From: a virus
DNA length: 64,000 nucleotides
Reading direction: 5' to 3' (one strand)
Virus record (IMG/VR): IMGVR_UViG_3300013306_000002
Span: 1-64,000 of that record
Position 1 is the stretch's first letter, and each line of letters starts with the position of its first letter. The notes beneath the pieces are model-generated. The model saw only the letters and a list, made by a program, of their open reading frames with translations. It did no database searches and had not been told where the DNA came from. The position numbers and the translations under genes are program-made. Shown piece by piece: positions 8,762 to 18,487 of the stretch.

Positions 8762-9025
8762 ATGGCGTACATGCGAAACAACCTCATCAGTCGCACCGGG
8801 TACTCCGGCGTGGGCGACTGGTGGGACACCATCGTGACCGCAGCCGGTGACACGCTCAAGATCTACGGCGCGACGCAGCAGGCGCAGGGCGCCGCAGCGC
8901 AGAGCAACCGTGACCTTCAGGCTGCGCTGGCCGCGCAGAGCGGGCCCAGCACCACCACGATCGTGCTCATCGGGGGGCTGGCGGTGGGGGCGTTCCTGCT
9001 GCTCAGGCGGAAGAAAGCGGAGTAA
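8762..9025 (+). CDS. Small virion membrane protein with MAY...SGVGD leader
   Basis: AAGGA SD; C-terminal TM followed by RRKK. Confidence 0.7.
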   Translation: MAYMRNNLISRTGYSGVGDWWDTIVTAAGDTLKIYGATQQAQGAAAQSNRDLQAALAAQSGPSTTTIVLIGGLAVGAFLLLRRKKAE

Positions 9026-9192
9026 AACCCACCGACGGGCGGTGCTCGGCGAGCGATCGGGTGGCGTCGCGACGCAGCGTGAGCAGTCTCGGTCGTATTC
9101 GGCCTTAGTCCACCGATGACGTTGTCGAGTTCACTCAGAAATCGAATGGTCGTCTTGTCCAACTTCAGTGCCTTCCGTTTCTGTTGCTTCAT
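9026..9192 (-). other. Double-glycine-leader peptide (RiPP/lanthipeptide-precursor-like); 3' end uncertain
   Basis: MKQQKRKALKLDKTTIRFLSELDNVIGG resembles the KLxLxKxTIxxL...VxGG leader; the ORF runs antisense into the neighbouring gene to 8917. Confidence 0.45.
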
Positions 9193-9338
9193 GATGTGCT
9201 TTCTGGCCTGGGCCTAGGCCGGTTTACGGTTGCTCGATGGCCCCGTCGCCGCGCGCTCCGACACGCCGCCACGGGGATACCGAATCCTTTCGGGCGGAAA
9301 GGCTACCCCATCTGGGCGCCCTCCGGCTACCATAGGGC

Positions 9339-9530
9339 ATGGCGAACGAGGTCGAATCAGCGGTCATCGGCAAGGTGGTCTCCTATCTGCGCAAGGAGGC
9401 TGCGAAGTTCGACGACGTCATCAAGGAGGCCGAGGCGCTCAACGAAGATGTGCGCTGGGCCAAGGTAAAGCAGATGTCCGTGAACGCGATGGCCGATCGC
9501 ATCGAGCGTGGCGACTGGAAGGCGGAGTAG
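9339..9530 (+). CDS. Hypothetical protein
   Basis: 63-aa helical ORF with GC3-biased codons. Confidence 0.55.
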   Translation: MANEVESAVIGKVVSYLRKEAAKFDDVIKEAEALNEDVRWAKVKQMSVNAMADRIERGDWKAE

Positions 9531-9533
9531 GAC

Positions 9534-10076
9534 ATGTCGCGAAGTCTCCACGTCGACCTATCCGACCCCCGCGTACAGCAGATGCTGGGCGGATCGTCGC
9601 CCCTTGCCAGTGGAAAGCGCGAGGTAGTGCAGTTGGCCGGGGACGCCCCGGACCCCACCGGCCTGACCAACCACACGGGCCTCCAGTCCACCCGCCGCCT
9701 CACTGCGGGCAAACGGGAGGTGGTAGTGGTATTCGGGGACCTATTGATGACCCTGGATGTCTACGCCCTGCCCGGGGAGCCCATGCGGATACAGATCATC
9801 TGCCCCCGGTGTCATAAGCACTCGACCATCCGGGGGGATGCCAAGAAGATCGAGTACGAGCCGAACTCGCTGAACCCGATGATTCGGCGCGTCCTTCGCA
9901 TGGCACCGAACGTCCGGGAATTCGTCCGTGCAACGTTTGGTCGCCTCTCGGTCGAGGCCTTCGAGTGTGCCTGGGAGATCGGCGACGCCAAGCATGTTCC
10001 CGGCGCAGTGCACACCGGGGCGTCGCTGTGCCGGCTGAAGCTCGTCATCGAGGACAACCGCGCCCGGGAGGTGTGA
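9534..10076 (+). CDS. Hypothetical Zn-binding protein
   Basis: CPRC motif plus distal Cys residues; GGAG upstream. Confidence 0.55.
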   Translation: MSRSLHVDLSDPRVQQMLGGSSPLASGKREVVQLAGDAPDPTGLTNHTGLQSTRRLTAGKREVVVVFGDLLMTLDVYALPGEPMRIQIICPRCHKHSTIRGDAKKIEYEPNSLNPMIRRVLRMAPNVREFVRATFGRLSVEAFECAWEIGDAKHVPGAVHTGASLCRLKLVIEDNRAREV

Positions 10077-10425
10077 ACGTGAACGTGGCCTTCATGCCGA
10101 GGCAATCATACCGTCTGACGATCCCCCGCCCGAGCCATGCGATGGAAAACTTCCGGCCCTCGGATGAGGTCGACATCGACGAGGAGGCCCGCGCCGCCGT
10201 CGTCCGCAGGTTGCTGACGCGTCCTCGTCTGGAGGCGTCGGCCTATAGAACGTGCAATGAGAGACACCTGCAGATCTACCTGGAGGACGTCAACGACGAG
10301 CACTGGCCCGTGTGGCTTACCGTGGTACCCGACGAGCAAGGGCTGGACCTCGCCGTGACGATTCGGGCCCTTCTGACGGAGAGATTCCCGGAGTGTCCCA
10401 TTCCACCCCTCACCGTGGTGCGCCG

Positions 10426-11481
10426 ATGACCCACGAGCAGGAACTCGATGGCTACATCCTCCAGGGGATGGCCGACGCGATCTGGCGCCACGCCTTCATC
10501 CAGTGGGCCACCAACGTGGACCCACCGCCGCGACTCCATGGGAAGACATGGGCGGAGGCCACTCCGCCAACCGATCCCTCTGCCATGAAGGCGGCCAAGG
10601 AGTTTGCAGAGGGCATCGGCAAGATCAACGACCTGGGCGCGCACCCGATGGCCCAGATGTTCTTGGCGACGCGCAGGTACGCTCAGCCCAGACGCAGTTC
10701 AACGCGAGCAACCGAGGGCGACCAAGCGTTCCAGTTCGGCGAGGAGGTAGCTCAGGCATGCTTGGGAACCCTCGACGTCCCCGAACTCGGCCAGTACAAG
10801 CTGCCGGAGATGAGGGCGGAACTCGACGATGACGCGAGTCATCTGTCATGGGATGAGGGCCGGACATGGCACCGCGGAACACCGGCACGAAACCCTTCGG
10901 GCGAGGCTCTGTGGGCCGTTCTGGTGCATGGCCAACGCCACTGGGAAGCGGGTGGTACCTCACGGGAGGCGTTGGCGAACGCTCGTGCGCGGCATGGCCA
11001 GTATGCCCGGTTGGAGACGGCCCCCAACGGTGCGCCCATTCGCTCCGGGGAATGCCCAGCGTCTCCCAAGCGGACTCGAGCGACGGCCGCCAAGACAGTG
11101 CGCACGACTTCCATCGCGGTGGTCCCTATGTCGATCGAGGAGTTCGCTCGCGTGATAAAGCAGGACATCGTGCCCGCCATCTCGGGATCGGTGGGACCCA
11201 ACCGGCGCATCCAGGGTCGGGTCGGTCACAAGGTGTTCATCTCGGCCGCCTACCGAAAGGCTCAGCACGATCCGCGATTCCACGGAATGACGCTCCAGCA
11301 GTTCAAGGAGCAGTTGGACACAGCCAGCAGAGAGGGACTCGTGAGCTTGGCCAGGGCCGATCTGGTCGGCGCGATGGAGATCGCGGATGTCACGGAGTCG
11401 GAGTATAAGCCCGACAAGTGGCGAGAAGTCCACTTCATCGAAGACGACATCGGCGAGCCTTACTACCCGCCTAGGGACTAG
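10426..11481 (+). CDS. Multidomain hypothetical protein with an internal ARNP junction
   Basis: Helical N-domain, PARNPSG, then a C-domain VFISAAY...FKEQL...LARADLVGAM (possibly winged helix). Confidence 0.55.
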   Translation: MTHEQELDGYILQGMADAIWRHAFIQWATNVDPPPRLHGKTWAEATPPTDPSAMKAAKEFAEGIGKINDLGAHPMAQMFLATRRYAQPRRSSTRATEGDQAFQFGEEVAQACLGTLDVPELGQYKLPEMRAELDDDASHLSWDEGRTWHRGTPARNPSGEALWAVLVHGQRHWEAGGTSREALANARARHGQYARLETAPNGAPIRSGECPASPKRTRATAAKTVRTTSIAVVPMSIEEFARVIKQDIVPAISGSVGPNRRIQGRVGHKVFISAAYRKAQHDPRFHGMTLQQFKEQLDTASREGLVSLARADLVGAMEIADVTESEYKPDKWREVHFIEDDIGEPYYPPRD

Positions 11482-11485
11482 GGAT

Positions 11486-12094
11486 ATGACGTACACGCGC
11501 ATCCGCCGCTGCGCACTGGGGGCTACGCCGGTCGAGACTGAGGCGCCCGAACCCGGTAGACCTCAGCCGCCCATCTACCCGCTCCAGATCGGAGACCACG
11601 GCGGGTGGCTTGAGGTGCGCACGACGCCAGCGGATGGCTCCTGTGGTGTCCATGGCTACCCCTGCAACCATCCCGGGGTCGATGTTGCCGGCGCGGCTGG
11701 AACCTCCGTGGTGGCCCCGGAGAGCGGGGGCGTGGTCGCCGTGGGTAACGGGGCCGTGGCCCCCTTCGTGGGATATGGGCCATGGTTCGTCATTATCCAG
11801 GGGAATGACAGCGGCAAGTTCCACTTGCTGGCGCATCTGGAGCCGGCTACGTCCTCGATGGCCCCGATGGGAGCGCAGGTGGTGGCCGGCGATCAGATCG
11901 GCGTTACGAGCTCGGCCAACCACACCCACTGGGAGGTGCGGGCTAAGCCCGCACCGGACTTCGCGGCCGGCGAGGACAACTTCACAAACAACAGCAACCC
12001 GCTGGGTTGGCTCTCGGGCGCCTCGGGCGCCCTGGGTACTGCGCTTCTAGTCGGGGGGGGCGCGCTGTTCCTGTGGCTGCTGTTCAGCAGCTAG
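11486..12094 (+). CDS. M23-family peptidoglycan endopeptidase with MTY..RR..LG leader and C-terminal TM anchor
   Basis: HxxxD (HPGVD), VVAPESG, LAHL and HxH (HTHWEV) zinc motifs; TM LLVGGGALFLWLLF. Confidence 0.8.
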   Translation: MTYTRIRRCALGATPVETEAPEPGRPQPPIYPLQIGDHGGWLEVRTTPADGSCGVHGYPCNHPGVDVAGAAGTSVVAPESGGVVAVGNGAVAPFVGYGPWFVIIQGNDSGKFHLLAHLEPATSSMAPMGAQVVAGDQIGVTSSANHTHWEVRAKPAPDFAAGEDNFTNNSNPLGWLSGASGALGTALLVGGGALFLWLLFSS

Positions 12095-12134
12095 GGCGCC
12101 TCGCCCCAGAAGAACCCGTAGTGCCGGGGGCCGA

Positions 12135-12458
12135 CTACGCCTTGTCGACGGGCGTGCCGAAGTTGAGCTTGAACGTCGCAGGGCCGCTGGTTACCACCGA
12201 CACGTCGCCGATGCCAGTGATCGTACGCCCGTCGATGGCGGTCCCCGTGACGGTGATCTGCGCCTGACCGAGCTTCCCGGTCGTGTTCACCTTGGCGCTG
12301 AGCCCGTCGGGCGCCACATCCTCGACGGTGACGATCGTGGGGTCCGATGACTGCCATCCCGGGGGGATCGTGAAGACGGCATCCGTGAGGGGGTTTCCGG
12401 CGACATCGTCCGTCTCGAGCGTCACGGGTGCGATCTGGTTGTCCTTGAGAGTGTTCAT
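12135..12458 (-). CDS. Ig-like (Big_2-type) domain protein
   Basis: WQSSDPTIVTV...GKLGQAQITVT signature; SD before MNTLKD; the frame is also open to 12596. Confidence 0.65.
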   Translation of the reverse strand: MNTLKDNQIAPVTLETDDVAGNPLTDAVFTIPPGWQSSDPTIVTVEDVAPDGLSAKVNTTGKLGQAQITVTGTAIDGRTITGIGDVSVVTSGPATFKLNFGTPVDKA

Positions 12459-12840
12459 CGTTGTCGTCCTTATCGGTGATCCGTGTCGGGTCTCAGGTCT
12501 CCCGAATCGGAGCCTGATTTTGGCCGGAAACAGCGACAGCAGCGCCCTGACGTTGAGGTCGATCCGTTTCAGCAGCGTTCGCTTGGTCTCGGCCATTGCG
12601 CCCAGGAGACTATCAGCGGTCGGTCACTCGACGCTAGCGCGCTCGCCACCGAACAGCCGCTCGACCTCGGCCACCTGCGTGCGCTTCTGGTTGAGCGGGT
12701 GGCCGTCCGACCATCGCCTCCAGTCTGTCGCCAGGTAATCCATCTCCGATAGCCCCATGTCGAACTCCTTTCGAGCGGAAACACTACCCGATCTCGAACG
12801 TCCTACGCTACGCTAGGTCCACCACACGCAGGGGTAGCAC

Positions 12841-13830
12841 ATGCCTTTCACCGGAACACCGATCGTCAAAGAGATCGCCGACAACCTCGTCCGCATCACA
12901 GGGCTAGCGCTCACAGGTGGGCAGGCTGGCACCATCGGGCTGCACGAATCCACGGTCCCGCCGGACATTCGCCTGCCGGTGTCGTTTCGACCCAGAACCT
13001 ACGAGTTCAGCAACATCCCCCCAGTCGTGTCGCTGCAGGATTCGGTGCAGATCTCCTACACCTTCACCCTGCCCGGATCTGTCGCCCCCCCGATCTCGGT
13101 GGTGAAGGCCGGCACGACCCCACAAGACTTCCTGGTTGTGATGGCCAACGCCAGTGTCGGGCCGGCGGCGATCCTGGGACGCGCCCAAGACTTCGGGGTG
13201 CTGGCCGCATCCACGATCACGAACACGGGGGGATCCGTTATCACCGGGGATCTCGGGCTGTCGCCCGGTACATCGGTGACAGGATTTCCGCCGGGAACGG
13301 TCACCGGAACGCAGCACATCACCGACGCAGCAGCAGCGGCGGCGCAGACCGACGCCACGGTTGCCTTCGTGGCGCTGGCGGCGCTGACTCCCTCTACCGA
13401 TCTGACCGGCCAGAACCTGGGTGGCCTGACGTTGCCACCGGGCAACTACCACTTCACCTCGAGCGCGCAACTCACCGGCACGCTGACCCTGGATGCCGCT
13501 GGCGATCCTGGGGCCACGTGGGTCTTCCAGATCGGCAGCACGCTGACCACTGCCAGCGCCTCCGCGGTGGCACTGATCAACGGTGCCGTGGCCGCCAACG
13601 TGTTCTGGCAGGTGGGGAGTTCGGCGACGCTGGGGACGACCACGACGTTCAAGGGAACCATCATCGCGCAGGCATCCATCACTGCGAACAACGGCGCCAG
13701 CGTCACCGATGGTCGGCTGCTCGCGCTCACGGGTGCGGTCACCCTAGACGACAACGCCATTACCGTCCCCGAGGCTGCCCCCGTGGTAATCACCAGCGGA
13801 CCCCTGGACGTCTACGTCAGGTTCCACTGA
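12841..13830 (+). CDS. Spike/decoration-like protein with an inserted ice-binding (DUF3494) domain
   Basis: FGVLAASTITNTG..ITGDLGLSPGTSVTGFPPG, LTLDAAGDP..WVFQIGSTLTTAS, NVFWQVGSSATLG; the flanks are paralogous to 32575..32931. Confidence 0.85.
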   Translation: MPFTGTPIVKEIADNLVRITGLALTGGQAGTIGLHESTVPPDIRLPVSFRPRTYEFSNIPPVVSLQDSVQISYTFTLPGSVAPPISVVKAGTTPQDFLVVMANASVGPAAILGRAQDFGVLAASTITNTGGSVITGDLGLSPGTSVTGFPPGTVTGTQHITDAAAAAAQTDATVAFVALAALTPSTDLTGQNLGGLTLPPGNYHFTSSAQLTGTLTLDAAGDPGATWVFQIGSTLTTASASAVALINGAVAANVFWQVGSSATLGTTTTFKGTIIAQASITANNGASVTDGRLLALTGAVTLDDNAITVPEAAPVVITSGPLDVYVRFH

Positions 13831-14178
13831 CACCGCGCCCGTGTAGGCGGTCGGACGCGATGTAACCACCACGAGGCAGGCGACGGCACCTTCCGCTGGT
13901 AGCCGAGGTTGTGGCATGGTGATGGGCATGAAGACCATGTTCGATCTGGGCACGGTGTAGCCAGTGGCCAACGTGTACCAGCAGTGGCACGTGGTGCTCT
14001 CCTGGAAGGAGCCGGACGGGCTCGAGACGACCGGCGTCTGCATGCCTTTCGTCCCCACCCACGTTGGCCAGGCCGGAGCCATCGACCGCGCCTGCGAGAC
14101 GCTGGCGGTAGACCTCACCGAGTGCACCGTGACGGTGACCGCGATCGGTGACCCGTGTGACAGGCCACCGGGAGCGGC

Positions 14179-14337
14179 ATGAAGATCACCTACCACAAGC
14201 CCGCCGCCCGCGGCGTCGACCAACTCATGTACGTCGGCGACGACGCTGCCGTGGAGAGCGCCACAGGCGCCCTGTCCATGCCGGTGAAGGTCGCGATCGC
14301 GGCCGTGGCGGTGTGGCTCCTGTTCTGGAGGAAGTGA
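14179..14337 (+). CDS. 52-aa membrane protein with a VGDD motif (below the ORF-track cutoff)
   Basis: MKITYHKPAARGVDQLMYVGDDAAVESATGALSMPVKVAIAAVAVWLLFWRK; GGAG SD. Confidence 0.55.
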   Translation: MKITYHKPAARGVDQLMYVGDDAAVESATGALSMPVKVAIAAVAVWLLFWRK

Positions 14338-14428
14338 TGGGGTACTACGACCGCTACTCGCGATGCTTCCGCAGCCGCGTGGACCAGCAGGTGCTCGTGT
14401 CCGATCAGGTCATCGAGGGGATCTGGCG

Positions 14429-14965
14429 ATGACCCGCCGCTTCATCCGCTACCTGGCCACCACCGACTCCTCCCCCATTGGGATGGTCGCCCTAGGGTAC
14501 CTGAGCGGCCTACTCCGCATCGCGCCTGTACGCGTTGGCTCCATGACGGGCGGTAGTATGTCCGGCCGCTGGGAGCACTATTCGCAGCTCCTGGCCACGC
14601 CCATGACCGAAGACTACGTGAACGTGGTGTGCTGCGCTCCCGAGCGGTGGGTCTGGGAGCAGCGGGTGACGATGCCAAGGCGACGGCCGGATGGCACAAT
14701 GGATCCCGCCGGTGAGGTAACCAGCGGACGCCAGGAGCTCTACACAGAGGGCAAGCGGAACATCCTCATCGCGGACCACTTCCCCCCGGAGTCTCACTTG
14801 GTCATTGCTGCGCTTCGCTACGAGGCGCTGGTGGTGCCAGATCGCGTCTCGTGCGACTTCTGGTCAGCCATGGCGCGTTCCTACGATCATTCGGTACGCG
14901 CGTCCGTGATACCGCTACCAATCGGGCCTGACTACGAGCCGCTGCGTTCCGTGGTCATGCCGTAG
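14429..14965 (+). CDS. Hypothetical protein, possibly a glycosyltransferase N-terminal-like fragment
   Basis: Rossmann-like alpha/beta pattern, ending YEALVVPD...SVIP. Confidence 0.4.
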   Translation: MTRRFIRYLATTDSSPIGMVALGYLSGLLRIAPVRVGSMTGGSMSGRWEHYSQLLATPMTEDYVNVVCCAPERWVWEQRVTMPRRRPDGTMDPAGEVTSGRQELYTEGKRNILIADHFPPESHLVIAALRYEALVVPDRVSCDFWSAMARSYDHSVRASVIPLPIGPDYEPLRSVVMP

Positions 14966-14997
14966 GTCTTTCCACTGGCAAGAAGGAGATTAACGAG

Positions 14998-15408
14998 ATG
15001 GCCGAATACAAGATCGTGTTCCCCCGATGGCGCGAGGACATCGCCAGCCATATGCGTACGCTCGCCCACATCCCCTGCGATCCGGGGGTTGAACTCAAGC
15101 AGGGGGACCAGTTGGTGATCCTGCGGCGCCACAGCGCATCCGAGGGCATCCGCGTGGAGGTCGTCGAGTCCGGTCGCGTCAAGCTGGTGGATAGCCTGCA
15201 TGCAGATGGCGACTGGATCCGTCTGAACCTCGCCGATAACGATGGCGGCTTTCGCTCGGACGCGTCCCGCGCGGCGGCCTTCCTCGCCTACAGCGGACGA
15301 TGGAACGACATCAATCCCGATGTGCCGTGGACGTCCAATCCGATGGTCTGGCGCATCGTGTTCCGCTACCTCGAGGACACGCCGCCCGAGTTCAGCGCGG
15401 CCATCTGA
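14998..15408 (+). CDS. ASCH/PUA-like phage protein
   Basis: C-terminus WNDINPDVPWTSNPMVWRIVF resembles that of 47844..48701. Confidence 0.5.
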   Translation: MAEYKIVFPRWREDIASHMRTLAHIPCDPGVELKQGDQLVILRRHSASEGIRVEVVESGRVKLVDSLHADGDWIRLNLADNDGGFRSDASRAAAFLAYSGRWNDINPDVPWTSNPMVWRIVFRYLEDTPPEFSAAI

Positions 15409-15439
15409 CGCTGTTAACCCCAAGGAAAGGAACAAGAGG

Positions 15440-15916
15440 GTGAAGATCTATCTCGCGTCCTCGTGGCGCAATCCACACCAGGCCGAAGTCCTTAGTCAAC
15501 TGCGCGCAGCCGGTCATGAGGTCTACGACTTCAAGAAGCCGGCGCCCGGCAACACCGGCTTCTACTGGACGAACGTCGATCCCGATCTGAAATCCGACCT
15601 CACGCCCCAGCGCCTTCGGCGTGCCCTGGCGCACCCCATCGCCCAACAGGGATTTGGCTACGACGTCGGGGCCATGCGGTGGGCTGACGGCGGCGTACTA
15701 CTCCTGCCCTGCGGGCTTTCGGCCCACCTGGAGGCGGGCTGGATGGCGGGCGCGGGAAAACCGGTCGTTGTTCTGGCGCCTGAGATTCGGGAGCCCGAAC
15801 TGATGTACAAGCTGTTCGATATGAACATCGATGGTACAGGCGTCACGCCGATCTGCGAGTCGGTGGAAGCGCTGCTCGCCCACCTCGTTATCATCGACCC
15901 ACCGAATTCACCGTAG
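15440..15916 (+). CDS. Nucleoside 2-deoxyribosyltransferase-like protein
   Basis: KIYLASSWRN, GHEVYDF, D..AMRWAD..VLLLPCG.SAHLEAGW..GAGK. Confidence 0.7.
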   Translation: MKIYLASSWRNPHQAEVLSQLRAAGHEVYDFKKPAPGNTGFYWTNVDPDLKSDLTPQRLRRALAHPIAQQGFGYDVGAMRWADGGVLLLPCGLSAHLEAGWMAGAGKPVVVLAPEIREPELMYKLFDMNIDGTGVTPICESVEALLAHLVIIDPPNSP

Positions 15917-15923
15917 GGACACC

Positions 15924-16619
15924 ATGACCACCGAACAGACCGAAGATGAGTTCACCAGGAAGCGACGCCTCGCCGCGCAGACCATGGTACTGGCCGACGC
16001 CGTTACCAGCGCCGCCGGCGCGATCGGCGTCATGCGCCAGGACGGCATGACCTCCAGGATGATCGTGCGCAACCTCGTGGAGGAGATCCGAGAGGCGTTC
16101 CCACGAGAGGCGGAGTTCCTGCGCGACGAAGCGATGGTCGATGCGTTGTCGAGCTTGCTCGAGCTCATGGGAGTGATACTGGGACCGGCGCCAGATAATG
16201 AGGGCGTGGCCCATCGACTGATGGGCATGATGGAGGGGGATCCGACCTTCGCTGGCGTCATCGCCAAGATGGAGTCGGCGGTGGACCGCTTGGCGGCTCC
16301 TGCTGGCGCAACTCCCCCGCCATCGCCGCCGCCGTCCTGGGCCCTCATTCAGCGCCTGTTCAAGGAGAACCCCTCCCCGCTCCCCAATCAGGCACCGGCC
16401 TTCGCGTGCGGGGTGATGCTTCGCGGAGTGCCGGTGACGCTCGAGGGCGCGCTCTCCGAGACGCCGGAGGGCGGGCTCCGACTCCTGTCTCGCGGCTCGG
16501 TGATCCCCGGCGGCGGAATCTCGATGATTGAGCAGTTCTTCGATTACGAGGACGTCATGGTCGTGGCGGTGCAGCGCCAAGTGACCGTGGACGCGCCGCA
16601 CATCATCCAGTCGTCGTGA
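15924..16619 (+). CDS. Hypothetical protein
   Basis: Long ORF with coding-like GC3 bias. Confidence 0.55.
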   Translation: MTTEQTEDEFTRKRRLAAQTMVLADAVTSAAGAIGVMRQDGMTSRMIVRNLVEEIREAFPREAEFLRDEAMVDALSSLLELMGVILGPAPDNEGVAHRLMGMMEGDPTFAGVIAKMESAVDRLAAPAGATPPPSPPPSWALIQRLFKENPSPLPNQAPAFACGVMLRGVPVTLEGALSETPEGGLRLLSRGSVIPGGGISMIEQFFDYEDVMVVAVQRQVTVDAPHIIQSS

Positions 16620-16886
16620 CCTCGACGATCTCCGCGTCGCAGTAACAGGCTGGCGCTTCGCATGGCCTCCCCTGCAGCAGATATCGCTCGCCCGTGTCGA
16701 GGTCGGTGATGGTGCCGTACAGGCCGGGGCCGCGGGTCCCAGCCTTGGCGGCGTCCACCGCGCTCACCCGAAGCGCCACGCGTACCCAGCCATGGGAGGG
16801 CCAATTGTACATTGGTGTCAGGTACGGCGGCTCCAGCGGGATCTCGTACCTGGTTTTGTCGGCCGTCATCGGCCACGGTCCTTTGA

Positions 16887-17300
16887 TCACTCCTCCTCCT
16901 CCTCCTCCTCGTCATCCTCCTCCTCGTGTCTATCGTCGGACCCGTCATCATCGCCGTCGCCCCCGAACCGCTGGCCAAGCTCCTCCAAAACGGTCTGCTC
17001 GAGCGTGTAGGCGAGTTCATCCGTCCGGCCCTGCAGGTAGGCGGCATAGGCCGCGTCGGCGTCGCCGCCGGCCGCCTTGATCTCGTTGTCGTTGATCTTG
17101 ATCCACTCCCGCTTGGCCTTGCCGCTCTCGAACGAAGCAGCCGCTCGAGAGGCCGCCGAGAGGAGCGCGTCTCTCAATGGCGTACCCATGCTCACCATCT
17201 CTTCCGCAATCGCCTCCTCGTCGATGTCGTTCTTGAGGAGGCGCTTCTCGAACCTTCCTTCCACGTAGAACTGCCAGTAGTCGCCTTGGACGTTTGCCAT
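16887..17300 (-). CDS. Acidic hypothetical protein
   Basis: Starts MANVQGD; ends in a poly-Glu/Asp tail. Confidence 0.6.
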   Translation of the reverse strand: MANVQGDYWQFYVEGRFEKRLLKNDIDEEAIAEEMVSMGTPLRDALLSAASRAAASFESGKAKREWIKINDNEIKAAGGDADAAYAAYLQGRTDELAYTLEQTVLEELGQRFGGDGDDDGSDDRHEEEDDEEEEEEE

Positions 17301-17350
17301 GGGCGAATCATACTTGACGTTGACGCTGAGCGCGTATAGTTTTGTAGAAC

Positions 17351-17557
17351 ATGTTGCGGACACCGGACACGGACGCGGATGAGGACGAGTTGAGCGTCGG
17401 GGTCCATACTCGGATCTCACCGAGAGCGGACGAAATGATGAAGGCCCGCGCGACGGAGGACGGAGTGAAGCCAGCCACGTGGGTTCGCCTCAGGATCTAC
17501 GAGGCGCTGAGGCTCCTGAGGCCCAGGGCCGCCCCGGGGAAGCGGAGACGTCCATGA
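17351..17557 (+). CDS. Ribbon-helix-helix DNA-binding protein
   Basis: VGVHTRIS...MKARA..DGVKPATWVRLRIYEAL; divergent from the previous gene. Confidence 0.55.
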   Translation: MLRTPDTDADEDELSVGVHTRISPRADEMMKARATEDGVKPATWVRLRIYEALRLLRPRAAPGKRRRP

Positions 17558-17883
17558 ACCGATTGCCGCCGGGGCATCGTCCAACGAATGCCCAGTCGCG
17601 CCAGCAGCCCGCTTGGAACCGGGGGCCGATCGACCGCGTGCCCTGCCCGCACTGCGGTCGCCCCAATGACTTCCGTGAGCTCGACAACCAACAGCTTCTG
17701 GACACTGGCCACAAGGTGCTCTGTCGCGGCGAGAATCCCGGCGAGGGATGCGGGCAACTCATGGAGGTGGTGGCGATCCAGACGATCAAGGTGCTGGGCG
17801 TCAAGCCGATCCGCGTGACCGACCAGCAGAGCCGTCAGGCGCTCACCATGTCGCACAGGCAACTACAACGCCTTTTGAAGTGA
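17554..17883 (+). CDS. Zn-ribbon protein
   Basis: CPHC...C...GC; ATGA overlap. Confidence 0.5.
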   Translation: MNRLPPGHRPTNAQSRQQPAWNRGPIDRVPCPHCGRPNDFRELDNQQLLDTGHKVLCRGENPGEGCGQLMEVVAIQTIKVLGVKPIRVTDQQSRQALTMSHRQLQRLLK

Positions 17884-18127
17884 AGGGATGACCGAGATGG
17901 ATATCGAATTGACACCGAAAGAATTGAGCAAGGAACAGATTACGACGCTGGCGCGGATTGCGGTTAACGCCGATTCCGGTGGGGTGTCGACCGCTGGTGT
18001 TATCAGTTTGCTTCGCCACATCTTGTGGCAGGAAGACGAGAACGAAAAGATTCGAGTTCGGCTCGACCCCTATCTGGACCAGGCGCGCGGAAGTCCAGCC
18101 ATTCCCCTTCACTGAGCGAAATCCCCC

Positions 18128-18487
18128 ATGGCGAACGAACATCGAACAGGACCAATCGGTTACAAGTACACGTGCGGCGTCCCGTCCGCGCTGTGCCAAG
18201 GCAGCAAGATCGGCACATCGTCGGGCCTGACATCGACCTCGCAGACCCACGGCCACGGGCAGCCAGAGGAGGCCTTTCGATGCCGGAAGGCGTACCTGGT
18301 CGCACTGGGCTACACCCCGGTCGGGAGCCGCGCACTCCGGGCCCCGGACCATCTCGGCGGAGAGGTCCTAGTACTCACCAAACCGTGCCGGTTCGGTGGG
18401 AGGATGCGCGGCGGCAAGGGATCTCGCTACATGCCCAACGCGTCGCGCACCATCGGCCGGCGCGGCGGGAACGTCGTCTCGTACTGA
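18128..18487 (+). CDS. Basic hypothetical protein
   Basis: ORF within the + strand operon; Cys/His residues. Confidence 0.5.
   Translation: MANEHRTGPIGYKYTCGVPSALCQGSKIGTSSGLTSTSQTHGHGQPEEAFRCRKAYLVALGYTPVGSRALRAPDHLGGEVLVLTKPCRFGGRMRGGKGSRYMPNASRTIGRRGGNVVSY

Noticed and set aside
230-9025. Leaders as Tat or type IV prepilin signals
   Set aside because: No hydrophobic helix follows the RR or the Gly; the TM segment is at the C-terminus
17314-17340. Sigma70-like promoter TTGACG...TATAGT
   Set aside because: The spacer is only 15 bp; plausible in this divergent gap but not supportable
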